Shown here one piece after another: positions 26,529-32,000 of a stretch of DNA of 32,000 bases. This DNA comes from Ruminococcus albus 7 = DSM 20455. GTDB lineage: Bacteria; Bacillota; Clostridia; Oscillospirales; Ruminococcaceae. The notes below the pieces were generated by a model. The model searched no databases and had not been told where the DNA came from. It saw nothing but the letters and a program-made list of their open reading frames with translations. Location: contig NC_014833.1 of assembly GCF_000179635.2 (NCBI RefSeq), positions 990,001-1,022,000 on the forward strand. The letters are read 5' to 3'. A program made the position numbers and the translations under genes. Numbering within the stretch: position 1 is the first letter of the stretch; every line of letters begins with the position of its first letter.

Positions 26529-27470
26529 ATGATGACAATAGGTTCAACTATCAGGCAACTCAGACAGGAACAGGATATCACACAGGAACAGTTAGCCGAA
26601 GCACTTGGCATAACATCAAGGGCGGTGAGCCAGTGGGAGTGCGACAGAACGACCCCGGATATATCTCAGCTTCCCGCCCTTGCGAATTTCTTTGATGTAA
26701 CGACCGATCATCTGCTGGGTGTAGATATAAGCCGCAAGGAGTACGAGATAAGCAAGATACTGAAGCATATTCAGATATCGGGAGTATCCGGTGATCGTGA
26801 GGAAACAGAGAGATATCTCAGGGAAAAACTTAAAATATATCCCAACGAGCCCGTTTTGCTGTGCCATCTTGCATCTGCATTACAGGATATTTATTTTCGG
26901 CATGGTAAAGCAGATACAGATAAACTGAAAGATGAGATATCAGATGAGATCATATCTCTTTGTGAAAGAGCGCTGAGATACTATAAGCCCACTGAAGACA
27001 ACAGCTTTCCGAAACTGCTGCTCATATTTCAATACGAATATATGAATGAAAAGGAAAAAGCAAAGGCGATCATATCGTCACTTCCATACATCAGCTGTAC
27101 AAGAGAAATGCTTGAAGCTGATGTGTTTGATGGAAAAGAAGCGCTTGAAAAAAGACAGTCGGCACTGTTCAGCCTGACGGCATATATGCACAAAATGTTC
27201 TATGAGATATATCGTGATGCATCATACAGTAATGAACAGAAAACTGAGATACTGAAAGCAGACTCCGCTATGATCGATCTCATAACAGGCGGCAAACCAA
27301 GGTTTTTCCATGGTGCTTTGGCGGTCAATGCAGCGGAACAGGCTGTTTTGCTGCTAAAAACAGGGAACACGGAAAAAGCTCTTGATATGCTTGAAGCTGC
27401 ATACTTTCATGCTCATAGCTACGAATCCCGCCCAGATGGTGAAAAATATGCACCCTGCTGGCTGTCCTAA
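26529..27470 (+). CDS. XRE-family helix-turn-helix transcriptional regulator with an alpha-helical (TPR-like) C-terminal domain
   Basis: AAGGAG at 18-23 (26518-26523) precedes ATG 26529/26532. HTH: IRQLRQEQDITQEQLAEALGITSRAVSQWECDRTTPDISQLPALANFFDVTTDHLLG. The remainder is helix-rich. Ends at TAA 27468-27470, but see the in-frame extension listed next. Confidence 0.85.
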   Translation: MMTIGSTIRQLRQEQDITQEQLAEALGITSRAVSQWECDRTTPDISQLPALANFFDVTTDHLLGVDISRKEYEISKILKHIQISGVSGDREETERYLREKLKIYPNEPVLLCHLASALQDIYFRHGKADTDKLKDEISDEIISLCERALRYYKPTEDNSFPKLLLIFQYEYMNEKEKAKAIISSLPYISCTREMLEADVFDGKEALEKRQSALFSLTAYMHKMFYEIYRDASYSNEQKTEILKADSAMIDLITGGKPRFFHGALAVNAAEQAVLLLKTGNTEKALDMLEAAYFHAHSYESRPDGEKYAPCWLS

Positions 27471-27629
27471 CTTTACGACAAGAGTGATCGTGTAGTCAAA
27501 ACAAGTACCGATACCGCTTATGATCACCTTTATAAAAGAATTATCGATAACGATCTTTGTAAAGAATTATACGATAGTGAAAGATTTGAGAAGCTTTTTG
27601 AGAGCCTGAAAGAAAAGATAAGCAGATAA
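27471..27629 (+). other. In-frame, stop-free extension (52 sense codons plus TAA) directly after the regulator's TAA stop
   Basis: In the same frame as 26529-27470, it translates to LYDKSDRVVKTSTDTAYDHLYKRIIDNDLCKELYDSERFEKLFESLKEKISR*. It has no internal in-frame ATG and is followed at once by a terminator hairpin. Confidence 0.4.
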
Positions 27630-27638
27630 CAGTACAAA

Positions 27639-27665
27639 CCCGAAATGATATTTTTTTCGGTATTT
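27639..27665 (+). terminator. Putative rho-independent terminator
   Basis: CCGAAA (27639-27644), T-rich loop, TTTCGG (27655-27660), then TATTT. Confidence 0.5.
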
Positions 27666-27762
27666 ATCATAGTCCTTTGATGATATGCAATAAATAACAT
27701 AGTAAATAACTATTCAATCTGTAAAATATTAAGATATATGATATATTTATAATGTAAAACTA

Positions 27763-27791
27763 TTGACTAATTATTATTCGTGTAGTATAAT
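27763..27791 (+). promoter_or_regulatory. Sigma-70-like promoter for the secreted RTX/FN3 protein gene
   Basis: TTGACT (27763-27768), 17-nt spacer, TATAAT (27786-27791). AT-rich upstream region. Confidence 0.5.
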
Positions 27792-27860
27792 GAGACCGTC
27801 TTTGTAAGACCAATATCAGTTGAATGATATTGAACATCTGGCTAAGGAGGGTTTTTCAAC

Positions 27861-30800
27861 ATGAAAAAGACAAAAAGAGTAATTGCATCCGTGTTAGCGC
27901 TGACGCTGACAATGGGCTGCGCAGTACCTGCTTTTGCGGCAACAGATCCCTATGAAGATTATGATGCAAAAACAGATATTGAAGGTGCGGTGGCGATAGT
28001 TAAAGGTATAGTCGATCCTTTGGCTGCGGGCCAAAAATTTGCCGATGATCCTACTATCACGGATCAGGCTAATGAGTACGCAGGGTTTATAGACGGTGTG
28101 TACGACGCACTTAAAGATCCATTTGATATACTGAAATATATAGATGGTTTTAAAGAGTATTATGACAAATATGAAGAATACAAGGAAACAGGATATGTAA
28201 GTATCAGCAGAGAGTATGTAAGCGAGAATTTTGATGAGCAGGCTTCCATAGTTATGACAAAGGAGGACTATGAGGATCTTACTGCAAATCCCGAGAGATA
28301 TGAGCTTCATTTCATCAATGGAGAAGCTGTGATTTACCGTGACGGACTTGTATATGGTCTGGAAAACAGACCTGATGCTCTCCAGGGAGATATATTTGTG
28401 GAAATAACTGTCGCTCAGGCGTGTGAGATACTCAAGCGTATGGACAAAATATTTATGGCAGTAAATACACGAAATGAAGCCCTTCAGCAGATAGAGGATT
28501 TCATGACAGAGTACGGCTACTGGAACATTGTGGAAGATGAAATAGTTATAAAGCCTTCTCATGGCGAGTACATCACCCCCTACAATGCAGGTTCGGGCAG
28601 CGATACATACAAGATACAGAAAGGCAGCGGTTATGTATATATCGGCGATTACTGTGAGCGCAATTCGGGTGACGAGGATACGATAATATTCGACTATGAC
28701 ACATCGGATACTCACTTTGCCCTTTACCGTGACGGTGGTGATCTGTATATACTTGATGTTGAAAACGAAACTCTCGTATTTGTTGATGACTACTTTGAAA
28801 ACTCGCTGAGTAGGGTAGAGAATATACAGTTCAGTTCTGATATCACTCTTGAATATAAGGACGTAATCAAGCTGGTAAACAAAATAAAGGGCACAGCTGA
28901 GGATGATGAGCTGACTGGCTATAAAGAGTCTACCGTTATCTGGGGCGAAGAAGGAAATGATACCATTACAGCCGAGGGCGGTGATGAATACTATATCCAC
29001 GCAGGCAGCGGTGATAACACTATTACTGCTTCTAACGGCAATGACATTATTATTTCTGAAAATGGAAACGATTACATTACTATATCGCGTGAAAGGAACA
29101 GGCTGTTTACTTCGGAAAACCCCGGATATAACGTGATAATCAGCGGTAAGGGTGATGATACTATAAATCTTGACGGCAATAATATAGTTGTTGCAGGAGA
29201 GGGCAATGATATCATAAACAGCGGTTTCGGTGACGATGTATTCGTATATTACTATGGTGACGGCGATGACAAGATAACAGATAGTGTAAACGCATGGTCA
29301 AACGGAGGAACAGATGTTATCTATTTTGCTGACCTTACTCCCGATGATGTATATGTTCGCAGAGAGAACGGCTTTACTTTCTATGTAAAGGGCGAAAAGA
29401 AGGGTTCTGTAAATATACCCGGTACTTATCAGAACGGTGCTTCAAAGTACAGGGAGCCAATCGAGTACGTGGCATTCAATGACGGTACTGTATGGAATCT
29501 ACACGATTACCTCGAACAGACCAGATATGTAGAGGATACTACCTACTTCATTGGCAAGGATTCCTTTGGATATATTATAACAGGAACAGATGATGATGAT
29601 ACTTACTATACTGCAAACGGCGATGATTATATTGTTCCCGGCAAGGGCAACGATTACGTAAATGCAGGCGGCGGTACCGATACATTTGTATTCAACCGCG
29701 GTGACGGACATGATATATTTGATGAATCTAACGGTGGTTCATATCCTGCCAGCGGAGAAGACACTGTTTTCTTTGCAGATATCAATTCAGATGAAGTTCA
29801 TGTGACCAAGTTTGGCAATAAAATTACCATAAAGGTCAACGACTCCGATGATGCAGTTGAACTGCCCGTTATATATCAGTCGGGATTTTCCGGTCCTCTT
29901 CACCCTATCGAGAAGGCTAAGTTCGCTGACGGCGTCGAGTGGACATTCCTTGAAATGCTGAAAATGGCGTGTGTAGAGGGTACTGACGGTGATGATGATT
30001 TCATAGTAGGTGACGAAACTCCTGCTATTTATTGTGGCAAGGGCAATGATAAGATACGCGGCAAGGAATTTGATGACGTGTATATCTATAACCTCGGTGA
30101 CGGACATGATATTGTCAGAGATTACACTATATGGGGACGTTCATACGATGAGGTACGCTTCGGCAAGGGTATAACTTCCGATATGCTGTGTGTAAAGGTT
30201 GACGGAAATGAAGCAGTTATGTCCATACCCAATACCGAAGATTCCGTCACCATTATAAAGGGCGAGATCGAGCTCTTTACTTTCGTGGACGGAACAAAAC
30301 TGGATGAGAGCGAGATCTTCGCAAAGGCAGCCGATCATCACTACTCCGAAACACCTGAGTGTGTATGGACAAATAATGAAGGCAATTACTCTGCAAAATT
30401 CGTGTTCGTATGCTCCGACTGCGGTGCAAAAGTAAGCTATGCAGCAGAAGTAGAGTGTGAAGAAGGCGATGACGGTGTTAAGGTATATACCGCCAAAGCG
30501 ACTGTTGCAGGCAAGGAACATACAGCTGTATACAAGAAAACTCCTGTATCATATAAAGCCCCAAAGATATCTTATGAGGCTGGCGCAAATTCTGTAAAAC
30601 TCAGCTGGACAAAGGTCGATGCTGCTGATATGTACGGTGTATACGGCTATGTAAGCGGCAAGTGGCAGCTGATAAGCGAGAGCAAGGATACTTCTTTCGT
30701 GCTTAATTCTCTGAAGGCAGGCACCGAATATAAGGTCGCTGTTGTTTCCAAGATCGACGGCAAGTGGAATAAGGATACCTCAAATGCTGTAACTGTAAAA

Positions 30801-31097
30801 ACACTGGATCAAGCACAGAGCAGATATCCTTCTGTAACAAGTACACAGTACAATGATAAGTATCACCAGTTCAGACTCAACTGGACAAAGGTAAATGGCG
30901 CATCCCAGTACGGTGTCGCTGTTAAGATCGCAGGAAAGTGGAAAGTATACGCATATACCGATGCCAATACCACAACATTCACATCTCCCAAGCTGAAAGC
31001 AGGCAGCACATACGAAATGGTGATATGTGCTAAGGTTAACGGCAAGTGGGACACTTCAAACCTTAATGCAAGAGCATTCAAAGTCACTGTAAAGTGA
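27861..31097 (+). CDS. Secreted multidomain protein: Sec signal peptide, RTX-type Ca-binding nonapeptide repeats, four HCBP-related-like modules, Cys-containing region, two FN3-like domains
   Basis: AAGGAGG RBS. Signal peptide MKKTKRVIASVLALTLTMGCAVPAFA|A. Nonapeptide repeats EEGNDTITA / GSGDNTITA / SNGNDIIIS / ENGNDYITI / GKGDDTINL / GEGNDIINS (nt ~28941-29240). Repeated modules of the form GDGxDxI...D.v.F.d......V....g......v.......v.........PIE...F.DGT.W at aa 247-335, 459-552, 608-702 and 739-820. Two C-terminal repeats carry SWTKV / NWTKV...YGV...GKW (nt 30552-31094). Confidence 0.8.
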   Translation: MKKTKRVIASVLALTLTMGCAVPAFAATDPYEDYDAKTDIEGAVAIVKGIVDPLAAGQKFADDPTITDQANEYAGFIDGVYDALKDPFDILKYIDGFKEYYDKYEEYKETGYVSISREYVSENFDEQASIVMTKEDYEDLTANPERYELHFINGEAVIYRDGLVYGLENRPDALQGDIFVEITVAQACEILKRMDKIFMAVNTRNEALQQIEDFMTEYGYWNIVEDEIVIKPSHGEYITPYNAGSGSDTYKIQKGSGYVYIGDYCERNSGDEDTIIFDYDTSDTHFALYRDGGDLYILDVENETLVFVDDYFENSLSRVENIQFSSDITLEYKDVIKLVNKIKGTAEDDELTGYKESTVIWGEEGNDTITAEGGDEYYIHAGSGDNTITASNGNDIIISENGNDYITISRERNRLFTSENPGYNVIISGKGDDTINLDGNNIVVAGEGNDIINSGFGDDVFVYYYGDGDDKITDSVNAWSNGGTDVIYFADLTPDDVYVRRENGFTFYVKGEKKGSVNIPGTYQNGASKYREPIEYVAFNDGTVWNLHDYLEQTRYVEDTTYFIGKDSFGYIITGTDDDDTYYTANGDDYIVPGKGNDYVNAGGGTDTFVFNRGDGHDIFDESNGGSYPASGEDTVFFADINSDEVHVTKFGNKITIKVNDSDDAVELPVIYQSGFSGPLHPIEKAKFADGVEWTFLEMLKMACVEGTDGDDDFIVGDETPAIYCGKGNDKIRGKEFDDVYIYNLGDGHDIVRDYTIWGRSYDEVRFGKGITSDMLCVKVDGNEAVMSIPNTEDSVTIIKGEIELFTFVDGTKLDESEIFAKAADHHYSETPECVWTNNEGNYSAKFVFVCSDCGAKVSYAAEVECEEGDDGVKVYTAKATVAGKEHTAVYKKTPVSYKAPKISYEAGANSVKLSWTKVDAADMYGVYGYVSGKWQLISESKDTSFVLNSLKAGTEYKVAVVSKIDGKWNKDTSNAVTVKTLDQAQSRYPSVTSTQYNDKYHQFRLNWTKVNGASQYGVAVKIAGKWKVYAYTDANTTTFTSPKLKAGSTYEMVICAKVNGKWDTSNLNARAFKVTVK

Positions 31098-31120
31098 TCA
31101 TGTGTACAAAATAACAGACA

Positions 31121-31165
31121 ACACAACCGACGGTATCTTTTCGGATACTGTCGGTTGTGTTTGTA
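31121..31165 (+). terminator. Rho-independent terminator
   Basis: 17-nt stem ACACAACCGACGGTATC (31121-31137) pairs with GATACTGTCGGTTGTGT (31144-31160), with one G:T position, followed by TTGT. Confidence 0.7.
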
Positions 31166-31222
31166 TGACATCATCTCCATAGCGATTTAAATGACAGCTA
31201 TGTAAATAACATATTAAAACTA

Positions 31223-31251
31223 TTGACTTAGTATGATTAAGGTGATATAAT
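31223..31251 (+). promoter_or_regulatory. Sigma-70-like promoter (extended -10) for the ThiF/MoeB-family gene
   Basis: TTGACT (31223-31228), 17-nt spacer ending in TGA, TATAAT (31246-31251). Confidence 0.5.
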
Positions 31252-31282
31252 AGATAAGATATTGAAAGGGGAGTAGATGATA

Positions 31283-32000
31283 ATGGCACTCACCGATGAA
31301 CAGCTTGAACGTTATTCAAGGCACATCACACTGAAAGAGATAGGTGTTAGGGGGCAGAAAAAACTGCTTTCATCAAGGATACTTATAATAGGCGCAGGCG
31401 GACTTGGCTCACCTGCAGCAATGTACCTGGCAGCCGCAGGTGTGGGCACCATAGGTATCGCTGACAGTGACAAGGTAGAGCTTTCAAATCTGCAAAGGCA
31501 GATAATACATACTACCGAGGATATCGGCAAGTCTAAAGCTGCTTCCGCCGAAGATACCATAAATGCCCTGAATCCCGATGTTACGGTCAATACCTACGAG
31601 ATAAGGGTCAACAGCACTAATATCCTTGACCTTATAAAGGACTACGATTTCATCATCGACGGCACAGATAACTTTGCGGCAAAGTTTCTTATAAACGATG
31701 CCTGCGTGCTGGCAAAAAAGCCTTTCTCCCATGCGGGAATACTGCGTTTCACAGGTCAGCTGATGACCTGTGTTCCCGATAAATCCCCATGTTACCGATG
31801 TATCTTTGAAGCACCTCCCCCGAAGGACACTGTGCCCACCTGCCGTGAAGCAGGTGTCATCGGTGCCATGGCAGGTATAATAGGCACCATGCAGGCGCTT
31901 GAAGCCATAAAATATATCACGGGTCAGGGTGAACTGCTAACCGGCTTTATGCTTACCTTTGACGGACTTAAAAATGAATGGCGAAAGATAAAGCTCCCCG
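31283..32000 (+). CDS. ThiF/MoeB/HesA-family E1-like adenylyltransferase; 3' end truncated by the window edge
   Basis: Absent from the ORF track because it has no stop within the window. My translation from ATG 31283, after GAAAGGGGAG: MALTDEQLERYSRHITLKEIGVRGQKKLLSSRILIIGAGGLGSPAAMYLAAAGVGTIGIADSDKVELSNLQRQIIH...DGTDNFAAKFLINDAC...CYRCIFEAPP...TCREAGVIG. This shows the classic nucleotide-binding and CxxC motifs. ATG 31277 is an alternative start. Confidence 0.9.
   Translation, partial: MALTDEQLERYSRHITLKEIGVRGQKKLLSSRILIIGAGGLGSPAAMYLAAAGVGTIGIADSDKVELSNLQRQIIHTTEDIGKSKAASAEDTINALNPDVTVNTYEIRVNSTNILDLIKDYDFIIDGTDNFAAKFLINDACVLAKKPFSHAGILRFTGQLMTCVPDKSPCYRCIFEAPPPKDTVPTCREAGVIGAMAGIIGTMQALEAIKYITGQGELLTGFMLTFDGLKNEWRKIKLP

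Noticed and set aside
27471-27629. The 52-codon stretch after the XRE/TPR-like regulator, considered as an RRNPP-type signalling pro-peptide gene (PapR/SHP-like).
   Set aside because: It has no in-frame ATG, GTG or TTG start with an RBS, and no hydrophobic signal sequence. It is exactly in frame with the regulator, so a C-terminal extension interrupted by a stop explains it better.
27894-29000. A 368-aa minus-strand ORF inside the RTX/FN3 gene.
   Set aside because: The plus-strand frame has an RBS, a signal peptide, periodic RTX repeats and repeated modules. The antisense product is I/F/Y/C-rich with no motifs, so it is a shadow ORF.
31312-31732. Minus-strand ORFs of 92 aa and 82 aa at the right end of the window.
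   Set aside because: They are antisense to an unmistakable ThiF/MoeB reading frame that is missing from the track only because it has no stop codon before nt 32000.
1-32000. Search by eye for tRNA, rRNA, CRISPR arrays, IS elements or transposases, integrases, long direct or inverted repeats at the cluster edges, and a TPP riboswitch ahead of the ThiF/MoeB-family gene.
   Set aside because: None was found. Intergenic regions are short (20-300 nt) and are accounted for by promoters, RBSs and terminators. The 31161-31282 leader is too short and lacks TPP-riboswitch core sequences.

Overview
Nucleotides 1-20624 (all + strand; genes tightly packed, four start/stop overlaps) hold the right-hand part of a hybrid NRPS-PKS biosynthetic gene cluster. 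It runs off the left edge of the window. RBS style and gene content suggest a low-GC Firmicute/Clostridia-like genome. By eye, the domain string is: ...C | C*-A(MT)-T | T-C | TEII | C*-A-T | KS-AT* | X-FAAL-KR-T | saccharopine-DH-like reductase | TubC-dock-Cy-A(MT*)-T | Sfp-type PPTase, where * marks a truncated or degenerate domain. The assembly line is unusually fragmented. It has relic domains, two methyltransferase-type insertions inside adenylation domains at two different positions, and a KS with no functional AT. No TE-I or R release domain is visible in the window. Hand-extracted specificity codes give Leu (DAWFLGNVVK), Cys (DLYNLSLIWK) and one unassigned code with Lys at position 239 (DAKNIGVSVK). 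I consider this cluster the candidate undescribed system. Downstream lie a MacB/FtsX-type ABC transporter with its own sigma-70-like promoter, then a convergent ECF-type sigma / membrane anti-sigma-like pair. Next come an XRE-HTH regulator whose frame stays open for 52 codons past an in-frame TAA, a Sec-secreted RTX beta-roll/HCBP/FN3 protein, and the 5' part of a ThiF/MoeB-family E1-like gene running off the right edge. I saw no rRNA, tRNA, CRISPR array or transposase. All calls come from reading motifs in the supplied translations and sequence. No database search was run.
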